From the NCBI GenBank assembly GCA_036918135.1, contig JBALDB010000002.1, positions 239,633-303,632 of the forward strand: DNA of 64,000 nt, read 5' to 3'. Origin of the DNA: Nostoc sp. (GTDB lineage Bacteria > Cyanobacteriota > Cyanobacteriia > Cyanobacteriales > Nostocaceae). The notes beneath the pieces were generated by a model. The model did no database searches and was not told the DNA's origin. It saw only the letters and a program-made list of their open reading frames with translations. Position numbers and translations under genes: made by a program. Shown in pieces: positions 54,429-63,189 of this stretch (positions within the stretch are counted from its first letter, which is position 1; each line of letters opens with the position of its first letter).

Positions 54429-54526
54429 AGAACTCGAAAAAATCAAATATCCAGCTATTGGGGAGATAAGAGAGAAAATTCTTGCTTGTCTCCCTTGTCT
54501 TTGAATGAAACTGTGGACTAGGGCTG

Positions 54527-54665
54527 TATCCCGGATTTCTCACAAGAGTGTGGGAAGTGTGGGCAGTGTGGGAGGTGTGGGGAGAAAGATTTCTTCCCCA
54601 TCTTCCCCATCCTCCTTTTCCTCCCACACTCCTTGGATTTCTCACAAGTGAGAAATCCAGGTGTA
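54527..54665. mobile_element. MITE-like element with GGATTTCTCAC/GTGAGAAATCC termini enclosing GTGTGGGA(A/G) repeats
   Basis: Inverted termini and internal inverted 9-mer arrays read directly. Confidence 0.5.
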
Positions 54666-55067
54666 TGCGATCGCACCGGCACTGGTTAGTTGACTTAGGT
54701 ACATCCTGCAATAGGATAAAGATACTAGGATTAAAAGTATTTCTCTATGCCAGCAGATAGATTGCCAAAAGTGATTATCATTAGACTTCTTACATAAATT
54801 AAAAAAGAACCCCAAAGAGCTTTTGACTTAAGTCAAATTCTCCCCTCCCCGTGTGCAGGGAGGGGCTGGGGGTGGGGTGTTAGAGGACTTTTGCAAGAGG
54901 TTTATTGACTTGTTTGATAATCCAAAATGGTATTAGATAGCTTTTATGCTGTCAAAAAAAGACGATTACTTTAGGAGCCAATTACAACGACACCTAATAG
55001 TGCTACAAATCATAATAGACAAAAGTTAAATTAATTAAACTTAGGGTTAATTCTTCTAAAAAAGCTT

Positions 55068-55421
55068 ATGCAACACTTTTTATTAACTTGGTTCGGTACT
55101 GCGGTGGCGTTATTGATTACTGCTAAAATCGTTCCGGGATTCTTTATCAAGAATTTTCTGGTGGCCTTAGTGGCTGCTCTTGTTATTGGTCTAGTTAATG
55201 CATTTGTTAGACCAATTTTGCGGATTTTAACTTTTCCGATTACCTTGCTCACCTTTGGTTTATTTACATTGGTAATTAATGCCTTAACCCTTTGGCTGGC
55301 AAGTGCCCTAACTCCTGGTTATGGTTTTGAGATTCAGGGCTTTTTACCTGCTTTCTTTGGTTCAATTGTACTAGCAATTGTTTCTACCATAATTAACTAT
55401 TTTTTGAGAGTAGTTGAATAG
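55068..55421 (+). CDS. YvlD/DUF360 ('phage holin family') 4-TM membrane protein
   Basis: GLVNAFVRPILRILTFPITLLTFGLF..INAL. Confidence 0.85.
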   Translation: MQHFLLTWFGTAVALLITAKIVPGFFIKNFLVALVAALVIGLVNAFVRPILRILTFPITLLTFGLFTLVINALTLWLASALTPGYGFEIQGFLPAFFGSIVLAIVSTIINYFLRVVE

Positions 55422-55434
55422 AATCCCCAGAGGG

Positions 55435-55743
55435 TTACTCCTCATAAGTACGTTGGTTACGGATTAAATATGCTTTAATCTCAATCAGCAATTCACGAAG
55501 ATGGTCTAGCCTGCGTTCAACTTCATCGAAGCCGGTAGCAACTCCTTGGGAAATTTGTATTTGATTATTGCGTAAATGATTAAAATCGCGCTCCTCATTG
55601 AGGGCTTTCTCAGCAGCGGCTACTGCTTTTTGAGTTGATTGTTGCCTTTCAAATTTTTGCTTATCGCTCCATCTAAAAAACCAACCTGATGCAGCAACAA
55701 CCAATGAAAGTACAAAACCAGCGAAGCTAAGGTCAAATTTCAT
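55435..55743 (-). CDS. Hypothetical protein, N-terminal TM + coiled coil (holin-like topology)
   Basis: FAGFVLSLVVAASGWFF followed by a heptad-rich region. Confidence 0.6.
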   Translation of the reverse strand: MKFDLSFAGFVLSLVVAASGWFFRWSDKQKFERQQSTQKAVAAAEKALNEERDFNHLRNNQIQISQGVATGFDEVERRLDHLRELLIEIKAYLIRNQRTYEE

Positions 55744-55745
55744 AT

Positions 55746-56234
55746 TTAAAGAGCATCAATTTTGGCTTCAACTCTAGGTAAATCAACATTTTTAATTTGA
55801 CCGAGCAAGTTCTCTATAGAATCGGTATCCGTACCTGTATACTGCCAAATTATTAATTGAGCAGATGTAAACCATTTTGGTACTTTAATACTGACACTAT
55901 AATTTGTAGAAATTTTCTCAAAAAAAATCAGGTTGAGTTGGTTCAAGAATAGAGGACAACCTTTAACCGTCGTTGCATCCTGTCCCCCTCCAACAACAAG
56001 TCCAGTGCTAATTTTTTGATTGCAATTTCCTGCAAATCGCCAAATAGAATTTGCTGGTACATCAGTTTCTACATTAACTGCCAAAATAAAAGTGTCTAAT
56101 ACAAAAGGAACGATAATTTCTGGAATTGGACTATGTAGATAAGTCCCATTTTGCATTGGAACAGAAACAGCGTTGACGGTTGTCGAGTAAAGAGTTTCCC
56201 AATTAGCACTGTTACTTAATTCAACTACTCTCAC
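55746..56234 (-). CDS. Hypothetical beta-rich protein of the element
   Basis: 162-aa ORF with 2-7 bp gaps to its neighbours. Confidence 0.65.
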   Translation of the reverse strand: MRVVELSNSANWETLYSTTVNAVSVPMQNGTYLHSPIPEIIVPFVLDTFILAVNVETDVPANSIWRFAGNCNQKISTGLVVGGGQDATTVKGCPLFLNQLNLIFFEKISTNYSVSIKVPKWFTSAQLIIWQYTGTDTDSIENLLGQIKNVDLPRVEAKIDAL

Positions 56235-56241
56235 TGTCTAA

Positions 56242-56505
56242 TTATCCGTGAGAAATTACAAAATCAATATGTTCAGCAAACTCATCTAAAATCTCAAACG
56301 GATTGGGAATACCGTAGTACTCTAGCTTGTCGAGGTATTCAACAATGTCAATTTTCCCGGTTAGCCAATCTCTACCCGCTTGATTGATGGCAAGCATTCC
56401 TTTGAATTCAGCTTCGGAACAGTTGCCATCAACATCGACAGATAGCAGGTCTAAAGGATCATCTGGAGTCCAAATAATACCAGTTCGTTCTGCTATCTTG
56501 CTCAT
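56242..56505 (-). CDS. Small acidic hypothetical protein of the element
   Basis: TAATG overlap with the upstream gene. Confidence 0.65.
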   Translation of the reverse strand: MSKIAERTGIIWTPDDPLDLLSVDVDGNCSEAEFKGMLAINQAGRDWLTGKIDIVEYLDKLEYYGIPNPFEILDEFAEHIDFVISHG

Positions 56506-57086
56506 TAACCTTCAGGAGTGAATTTAAATCGGTTTTTACCGCCGTTTCCATCAACAAAAGTGGCGAAAGCTGATTCACCTTTAATAGCTAAAACAGCCGC
56601 ATCATAATCTTGACCACCAGCATTTTGTCCAAAAGGACAAGTAACAGAATCTACATCTGGTTTTTTATACTCTACGCCAGTAATGCGACTAGGTTTTTTT
56701 GTAGTTGAAGGTACAACAGTAGTAAGCGTTAACTTGGCAAACTTAAATTTCTTCGTCTCAATCAGAATTGGCGTATTCAAAGCTGCAAATTCTGTAGAGG
56801 TAGTGGTGTAGTTAGCAAGCAGCCCACGTAACACCGTAGCGACTCCAGAACCTTGTCCGGTCTGACCGTCCTTGAGTATTCGGGCGGGAAGAAAGATTTT
56901 GGTAGTGCCAGCAGTGCCAAAAGGGGAAATATAACCAGGTTCTTTCTCTGCGGAGGCCCGTTTAGTTTCGTCAGTAATAGCTGCAAATTTTTGCTGACGT
57001 TCAACAGGAGTGGAGTCTAGCCACAGTTTATATTTCTCATATCTAGCCTTTTGCAGTGGGTATCGTTGTAAATCTCTAAATCCCAT
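56505..57086 (-). CDS. Basic hypothetical protein of the element
   Basis: 193-aa ATG-started ORF following the only internal intergenic gap. Confidence 0.7.
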   Translation of the reverse strand: MGFRDLQRYPLQKARYEKYKLWLDSTPVERQQKFAAITDETKRASAEKEPGYISPFGTAGTTKIFLPARILKDGQTGQGSGVATVLRGLLANYTTTSTEFAALNTPILIETKKFKFAKLTLTTVVPSTTKKPSRITGVEYKKPDVDSVTCPFGQNAGGQDYDAAVLAIKGESAFATFVDGNGGKNRFKFTPEG

Positions 57087-57220
57087 AGTTTTTACTGAGT
57101 AACATTTATTGCTGTTACAGAGAAGCTTAACTCTTTAAAATGCTTAGAATTTTTTCTGGAAACCTATTAGGTTTCCTTAGCCGAATTTCTTTAGAGTTTT
57201 TCTGGGACAGTGATTGCAAA

Positions 57221-58069
57221 TTAAGGATATTTGACTAAACTTTGGTTTCTGAGTGTTGTATCTAGCAGAAATACTGGTGGTACAAGATTACCCAATGAAA
57301 TATAAGCACTCCTGAACCTGAGAACTGCTACGGGTCTATACCTGCGATTTTGTACTTGTTTGCCTAAAATTGTGACTTTTCCGGCTGTTGTCGTTGTAGT
57401 GCTGGGTTTATCAGGGTCATTTAGTAAAACTCTGTCTGAGTGAAACGGTACATCAATCACGTTGCAAATTTTTTCGTAAATTTCTGCTCCATCAGACTTG
57501 CTGTTAACTAAGATGTAATTCCCTCTAGGGAATCCGTTATCAGGGTCGGTGTAACTTGCGGCTTTATTTCCGCAAGTGTAAGTTATTCCTCTACTGCTTG
57601 ATAAAAAAGTGGTTTTAATTTCGTTGGCAATTTCTGTCATCTCTGCTTTGGTAATAGCTGGTTTAGCATTTCCAGAAGCACAAGAGAATTTCATCAACCT
57701 AACAGACTTCTCGTGCTGTATGAGCAACTCTTCAGAAGGCGAGGCAGACTCATCCTGAGAAAAAACAAAAAATAACTGTGGATGACCAGCAACGGGGGGA
57801 GCAGTATCAAATTTAGAGCCATATACTACTGCTAAATTTTTTCTGCTGTACCCGATTACATTAAAAAAAAGATTATGACGCATATTCATCATTGCGTCAT
57901 TGTCGTTATCTAAAATCCGACAAGCTAACTTTAAAGATGGACGAGGGCCTGATAAATCACCATTACCTTCCACATCTTTAAAGTATCTATCTACTCGTCT
58001 ATTGAATTCAGTTTTATAAGTCTGCTGTAAGTGTTCAAAGGGGTTAAAATCATCTGGTAATTCTGCCAT
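57221..58069 (-). CDS. Hypothetical protein of the element
   Basis: 282 aa; TAATG coupling to the 917-aa gene. Confidence 0.7.
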   Translation of the reverse strand: MAELPDDFNPFEHLQQTYKTEFNRRVDRYFKDVEGNGDLSGPRPSLKLACRILDNDNDAMMNMRHNLFFNVIGYSRKNLAVVYGSKFDTAPPVAGHPQLFFVFSQDESASPSEELLIQHEKSVRLMKFSCASGNAKPAITKAEMTEIANEIKTTFLSSSRGITYTCGNKAASYTDPDNGFPRGNYILVNSKSDGAEIYEKICNVIDVPFHSDRVLLNDPDKPSTTTTTAGKVTILGKQVQNRRYRPVAVLRFRSAYISLGNLVPPVFLLDTTLRNQSLVKYP

Positions 58070-60822
58070 TAGTCTTCTCCATCAAATAAATCTGAAAAGT
58101 CAAAGGCATTCGGCTGTGAATTAGCTTTACTCGCTTGTTCTTTAGCTTTTAATTCATCTGGTTCTGGTGTAGGTGTAGCTTTATTTTCAGGTTTATCATC
58201 TTCTTTGATGGCTTTGACAAATTCAGTAGAAGCTGTTGTAAATTCAGTTGTGGCATTGACGACATCTAAAGGAACTTGCGTGACCATTTGAATAGTGTTT
58301 GCCCCATTCTGTAGCCCTTCCAAGAATTGTGTGACACGATTAAACTTAGGCTGAGGATTCATCCAACCATAGGCGTCTTGAAGGAGAACCCCACCCTTCT
58401 TTAAAGCATTTCCTATTTTTCCTGTATAAGCTGCTATCAATTCCGATGCTTGTAAAATAGTTTGTGAGAGGTTTAAAAAACTATTTAGTACATTAGTCGT
58501 TGCTTGATAAATGCGATTAGCTTTTGCCCAAGTTTCTTTTAGTTCAGTATAGTTATCGGCTCCTATAGCATTTTTGATTAAGTTTTCAATTGAACCACTA
58601 ATAACAGAACCGATATCAAAAGCTTCTCCATTTTCCTTTTTTAAACCTATTAGCTGTAAAACATTATTTAGCGCTCCAAGCAAGGTCTGCCCGATGTCGT
58701 TAGATAGCATCAATGCATTGTGGACGGTTGCTGCAAAAATTAAAATATTCAGTACTCTATCAAGATGCATCCAATCAGCAAAGCGTGATAACTTCCCGCC
58801 AATACCCCCTGGTAATTGGTCACCCAATCGTTGTAATATTGTCTGCTGTCCTTGCAGTAAGGCAGCGTTTGCACCAGTATTTAAAGCATCTAAAATATTG
58901 GCTGCATTAGTGTTGTTGTTATTGGTGATGTCTGCTGCATTATCTTTTAATGCTTTTCTCATGCATCCACCTGGCTGAGTGGTTCTACACGTGCCAGTAG
59001 CCGCCGCAGTTTCTATTTGTGGAATTGTTGGAATATCAGGTCTAATTGCGTCTGCTGCTCTGGCTGGAATTAAGGGGAGAAAACCTAGTATTTGGTCTAG
59101 TTTGGGAAGCGCTGCACTGTTCACCTTTTCTTGATCCTTCAGTCTTGTATCGATTTTTGTAATATCTGATTTAGTGGTATCGATATCTCGGTCTAATTGT
59201 TGAACGTCGCCTTTTAATAAACCTAATGACTTTTGATTTTCGCGTTGGAATTGTTCAAAGCGTTGGTCAGCAGTTAAATCGTTTTGACGTTTAAAGTCTG
59301 CAAATCTTTGGTCAAACTCTTGAGATAAATTTGACTGACCAAGTGAAATAACTCCTAACGCTTTATCATTTTCATTTTTAAACTGTTGGAATCTCTGCTC
59401 TGATGTCAGGTTATTTAATCGGTTAAAATCGGCTAATTTCTTATCAAACTCTTTGCTAAGATTTGACATTTCTAAATCTTGAATACCAAGAGCTTTGTTA
59501 TTATCAGATACAAAACGATTAAATTTATCGTCTAGTTGTTGCTGCAATGGTGCAAGATTTGGCACGCCTTTGTTACGTGCTTCATTCATCGCTGCATCTG
59601 CTTTGTTATCTACAGTGTTAATGGTTTTAGCTAAGTTACTCACAGAATTAGCTAATACTGGGATTTGTGCAGATTGTGCATTGACAATGTTATTTACATT
59701 ACTAATTTGCGACTGTAACGGAGCAACCAGGGCTTTGGCTGCGGCAATAGCGTTGGCTGTAACACTGTTGCTGTCAGCGGTAGTAGGCTTAACTGCTGAT
59801 AATTGCGCTCGTGTTGCCGCTAAATCTGATTGCAACTTTGAGATTGTGGCGTTAACGGACTTCTGAAAAGTATCAGATACGCTGTTGTTAAACTTTGAAA
59901 TACTCGCGTTGATTGATTGAATTTTGGCGTCAAAACTTAGCCGTTGTTGTGTAATCTTAGATTCAACAACTGCTTTATTTTGACGAAATTCATATAGAGT
60001 ATCGTTGGCAAGTTTCCGGGCTGATTCAGCTAGTCCAGTGACTGTTTTTCGACCTTCACGAGTTTCATAAAGGGCGTCGTTAGCAAGTTTTCGGGCTGAT
60101 TCAGCTAGTCCGGTGACTGTTTTTCGACCTTCGCGAGTTTCATAGAGGGCATCATTGGCTTGTTTTTTCGCTGCTACTACATCCTGGCCGATTTTCTCAG
60201 TTTGCTTATTTAAGCGTGCATAGTCTTTGGCGTTGGTATTAAGTTCTTTATCAAATTTGTCAACTTTTGACTGAATTGACTTTAGTTTCAATCCATTTTG
60301 GACAGCTAATTGATTAGTTTTTGTGAGGTCGATATTAATTGAATCTAAGTTATCAAATGCTCGACTGCTAAGAAATTCTTGAAGCTTTAATAAGGCAACT
60401 GTACCAATTGCAGCAAATATGCCTAAGATGCCACCAATTCTGGATGCTTTATCCAAAACAGCACTACCAGGTACATTTTTAAGAAGTGTTTCATTAACCT
60501 TAGTAGCAATATCAGAGGCTTTCTTTGTTTTATCAGCAAGTTCTTTAGTTGCTTTTGCAGATTTTTTGAGGTCTTTGATTCGCTTTGCAGCATCACTAAT
60601 AAATTTTTTACTAGGAGATGATGCCAAAATTTTCTTGGTATTAGCAGTAGCGGTACGATAACCTTTCCAGTTCAATCGATGTGTTTCTCTAGCTCCTTTA
60701 AATCTATTAAAAGTGCCAGTTGGATCTGAGACGTAAGAATTCCAGTTAAAATTTTGAGGAATTGAATTAGGAATTTTGACTTGAGATGGTTCAGGAATCG
60801 GTACTCCTCTCCAATTAGGCAT
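58069..60822 (-). CDS. Large coiled-coil protein with a TM segment and internal repeats (tape-measure/DNA-pilot-like)
   Basis: Lys-rich N-terminus, IGGILGIFAAIGTVALL, 25-aa and ~44-aa repeats, long helical composition. Confidence 0.7.
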   Translation of the reverse strand: MPNWRGVPIPEPSQVKIPNSIPQNFNWNSYVSDPTGTFNRFKGARETHRLNWKGYRTATANTKKILASSPSKKFISDAAKRIKDLKKSAKATKELADKTKKASDIATKVNETLLKNVPGSAVLDKASRIGGILGIFAAIGTVALLKLQEFLSSRAFDNLDSINIDLTKTNQLAVQNGLKLKSIQSKVDKFDKELNTNAKDYARLNKQTEKIGQDVVAAKKQANDALYETREGRKTVTGLAESARKLANDALYETREGRKTVTGLAESARKLANDTLYEFRQNKAVVESKITQQRLSFDAKIQSINASISKFNNSVSDTFQKSVNATISKLQSDLAATRAQLSAVKPTTADSNSVTANAIAAAKALVAPLQSQISNVNNIVNAQSAQIPVLANSVSNLAKTINTVDNKADAAMNEARNKGVPNLAPLQQQLDDKFNRFVSDNNKALGIQDLEMSNLSKEFDKKLADFNRLNNLTSEQRFQQFKNENDKALGVISLGQSNLSQEFDQRFADFKRQNDLTADQRFEQFQRENQKSLGLLKGDVQQLDRDIDTTKSDITKIDTRLKDQEKVNSAALPKLDQILGFLPLIPARAADAIRPDIPTIPQIETAAATGTCRTTQPGGCMRKALKDNAADITNNNNTNAANILDALNTGANAALLQGQQTILQRLGDQLPGGIGGKLSRFADWMHLDRVLNILIFAATVHNALMLSNDIGQTLLGALNNVLQLIGLKKENGEAFDIGSVISGSIENLIKNAIGADNYTELKETWAKANRIYQATTNVLNSFLNLSQTILQASELIAAYTGKIGNALKKGGVLLQDAYGWMNPQPKFNRVTQFLEGLQNGANTIQMVTQVPLDVVNATTEFTTASTEFVKAIKEDDKPENKATPTPEPDELKAKEQASKANSQPNAFDFSDLFDGED

Positions 60823-61170
60823 TTATTCCCCTCCTAAAAAATCTGTAATTATGGAAACTGTTTCAATAAGTGGGGTTACCATGTCATACAAACCTTGAAA
60901 TGCTTCTGTAAATTCTCGGCTTGTGTTTTCAATGTCTGCAAAATTATTCAGAGTTTGAACGATTCCAGTTTTTAGCGCTTCCGATGTTTTTTCAAGTTCT
61001 TTGACTCGCTTTTCTAGTCCATTGTCATTGTCATTGTTATTATCTTTATCCTTCTCTTGACAGCACTTTTTTTGCTGGCGTTCTAAATTATCTAATCTGT
61101 TATTTATCCGATTGATAGCAGCTTGTAAGTCTGCTAAGCCTCGGTCAATGTCTTTGCAGATTTCTGCCAT
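60823..61170 (-). CDS. Coiled-coil hypothetical protein of the element
   Basis: Abuts both neighbours with 0-bp gaps; heptad pattern. Confidence 0.65.
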   Translation of the reverse strand: MAEICKDIDRGLADLQAAINRINNRLDNLERQQKKCCQEKDKDNNNDNDNGLEKRVKELEKTSEALKTGIVQTLNNFADIENTSREFTEAFQGLYDMVTPLIETVSIITDFLGGE

Positions 61171-61692
61171 TTAACCCCTCACCTTAGAAGCAATATTTTT
61201 GAGGCGATTTCCAACTTCTTTACAAGGGACGCAGCAATAACCTGGGTATTGGTTGTGTTTGCATTTGTGATAACCTTCAGGGCATTCATCATCACATGAA
61301 ACAGTGTACTGATGGTCATCAGATGGGTACACTTTCCCGTTAACAGATATTCCTCTGCCAAGGGTTACTTGATAGCTGCAAGTGCCATTATTATCAGCAT
61401 AGTAATTATCAAAATCGCTAGTAATTGTTTTACCGCTAGTAGTTGGTAAGGGGCAATCCCTCATGGGGTTGGTTGGGGCACCATTGTTGTACTGTTGCCC
61501 TGGAGAGCTAAGAGAGACTGCATTAACGTTGCGGTCAAAGCTCTTGTTTATTGCTGATTTTGTATTGTGTACGTAAGTTTCAGTCGAAGGGTAAATAAGC
61601 TGAACGTCTACAGGAGCATCAACGATTACTTCTAATAATGGCGACAATATTTTGACGGTTGCTTTGGTTTTTCCAGTACAATAGATGGTCAT
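61171..61692 (-). CDS. Cys-rich hypothetical protein of the element
   Basis: Start MTIYC at 61692; C-terminal CDDECPEGYHKC..YPGYCCVPC. Confidence 0.65.
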   Translation of the reverse strand: MTIYCTGKTKATVKILSPLLEVIVDAPVDVQLIYPSTETYVHNTKSAINKSFDRNVNAVSLSSPGQQYNNGAPTNPMRDCPLPTTSGKTITSDFDNYYADNNGTCSYQVTLGRGISVNGKVYPSDDHQYTVSCDDECPEGYHKCKHNQYPGYCCVPCKEVGNRLKNIASKVRG

Positions 61693-61693
61693 A

Positions 61694-62284
61694 CTAAATC
61701 TTCCAGAGGTCGATGATTGTGTACACTTCTGGAGAGCCATCACTTACAGAACCACCAAAATTGTACTGGTTGATATTCGTTGCTGGCTTTGTCCAGTATT
61801 GAAGCGCTAGTTGTTTATTTGCTCCTATACTGAATTTCCCTGTAATTGAAGTTTGAAAAGCCGGCCCGTTGCTGGGATTAAAATAAGTATTCAATCCATA
61901 CAATACTGCTAGCTGGTCAGTGGTATTAAATATTCGGATTTTGGTGTCGGCTAAGGCATAAAAAGTTGTCCTCAGGTCTATTTGATATGTGCCTGATGGA
62001 AGAATAAAAAGATTATCAGAGAGGATAACTTCATTTGTCTCATCACTGTTGATATAGTTAATATCCTTTGTTGCCCAAGTACTTACTATTGCAAACCCGC
62101 CGTTTACACCTGCTGATTTTTTATCAAGTAGTTGAATAAATTTATCAGCGCTGCCACCACTAAATCCAGTTAAAAGATTTACTTTCTTTATCCGCCCAGT
62201 AATCCCTGACTGTTGAATTGGGATTAAATCATCATCATTTGAATCTATTATCTCTTCCCCGACATCTTTAATCTGCTTGAACAT
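61694..62284 (-). CDS. Putative virion fibre/spike-like protein
   Basis: N-terminal DDDLIPIQQSGITGRIK and beta-rich C-terminal LPSGTY domain resemble phage fibre modules. Confidence 0.5.
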   Translation of the reverse strand: MFKQIKDVGEEIIDSNDDDLIPIQQSGITGRIKKVNLLTGFSGGSADKFIQLLDKKSAGVNGGFAIVSTWATKDINYINSDETNEVILSDNLFILPSGTYQIDLRTTFYALADTKIRIFNTTDQLAVLYGLNTYFNPSNGPAFQTSITGKFSIGANKQLALQYWTKPATNINQYNFGGSVSDGSPEVYTIIDLWKI

Positions 62285-62624
62285 AAGAATGAGTTACGAT
62301 TGTTTCTGTTAAATAAACATTGCCAGTCCGTTCTTTGATGTAGGCAGACCAACGGAACATTTCTAGAAGTTCGTACAACTGACGATTGTCATATCCAATT
62401 GGGGCGTTGTTTTCATCGGCAAGAATGTTTCCGTTTTCGTCTATGAAGTAGCCTTGAAAGTTGCTCAATGCTTGCAACAAGATTGCTACGAATAATTGTT
62501 CGGCACGATTATTTGCTGTGGCAGTTAGCCCAACTGCCGATAAGTCTGATTTTTTAATAATCAGTTCATCGGCAGTTTGCACGGCATTAACACCAAATAA
62601 TTCTTGTAATGTTAATGGACGCAT
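62268..62624 (-). CDS. Hypothetical protein, paralog of 62628-62963
   Basis: TLQELFGVNAVQT..IIKKSDLS..GLT..N.AE. Confidence 0.7.
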   Translation of the reverse strand: MRPLTLQELFGVNAVQTADELIIKKSDLSAVGLTATANNRAEQLFVAILLQALSNFQGYFIDENGNILADENNAPIGYDNRQLYELLEMFRWSAYIKERTGNVYLTETIVTHSYVQAD

Positions 62625-62627
62625 TTT

Positions 62628-62963
62628 TTAGTAATCATCTGGGTCAATGACATCAGCACCAGTCAACTCTTTGTCAACCTCAATACTGATAGTGTTTCTC
62701 AGGTAGATAGCATTGTTCCTGGTAGTAATACTGGGACTATATCCGTCTGTAATTGCAACGGATTGGTCAATGTTCGTATCTCTATTAGCATCTGTTAGTC
62801 CCTCTTTGGCTTTCAAGTTAATAGCTAATAGCAAAGCCTCGGCGGTGTTAGTTGCTGAGGGAGTTAGACCAGCACTGGATAAGTCAGCTTTTTTGATAAC
62901 AATGTCAGTTGAGGTTTGAGAAGCGTTCGCACCGAATACTAGAGCTAAAGTTGGTTCCGCCAT
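62628..62963 (-). CDS. Hypothetical protein, first gene of the element operon (candidate major structural protein)
   Basis: TLALVFGANASQT..VIKKADLS..GLT..N.AE. Confidence 0.7.
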   Translation of the reverse strand: MAEPTLALVFGANASQTSTDIVIKKADLSSAGLTPSATNTAEALLLAINLKAKEGLTDANRDTNIDQSVAITDGYSPSITTRNNAIYLRNTISIEVDKELTGADVIDPDDY

Positions 62964-63122
62964 AAAACTAGATTTTTGAACAAGTGAATAAATCTGTTGT
63001 ATGGTTTATTCCAAAATTCGTAAATCTTCTTCTTTTATGTAAAACAAGAACAATTGCTGAGGACGTGTAACTATTACACACAATAGGATTAAAGCACTTT
63101 TTACTAATAGCCAAAATTGAAA

Positions 63123-63163
63123 ATGTTCCGGTTTAACCACTGGTACTGGTTAATCCGGAACAT
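63123..63163. other. 17-7-17 palindrome, candidate tyrosine recombinase binding/crossover site
   Basis: ATGTTCCGGTTTAACCA-CTGGTAC-TGGTTAATCCGGAACAT (1 mismatch), 26 bp before the recombinase ATG. Confidence 0.6.
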
Positions 63164-63189
63164 CTTCAACTAACGAAATAAATCATCAA

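Noticed and set aside
55068..55421. 'Phage holin' as the lysis gene of the adjacent element
   Set aside because: The YvlD/DUF360 family is a common chromosomal gene, and it is on the opposite strand to the element operon; more likely the host flank.
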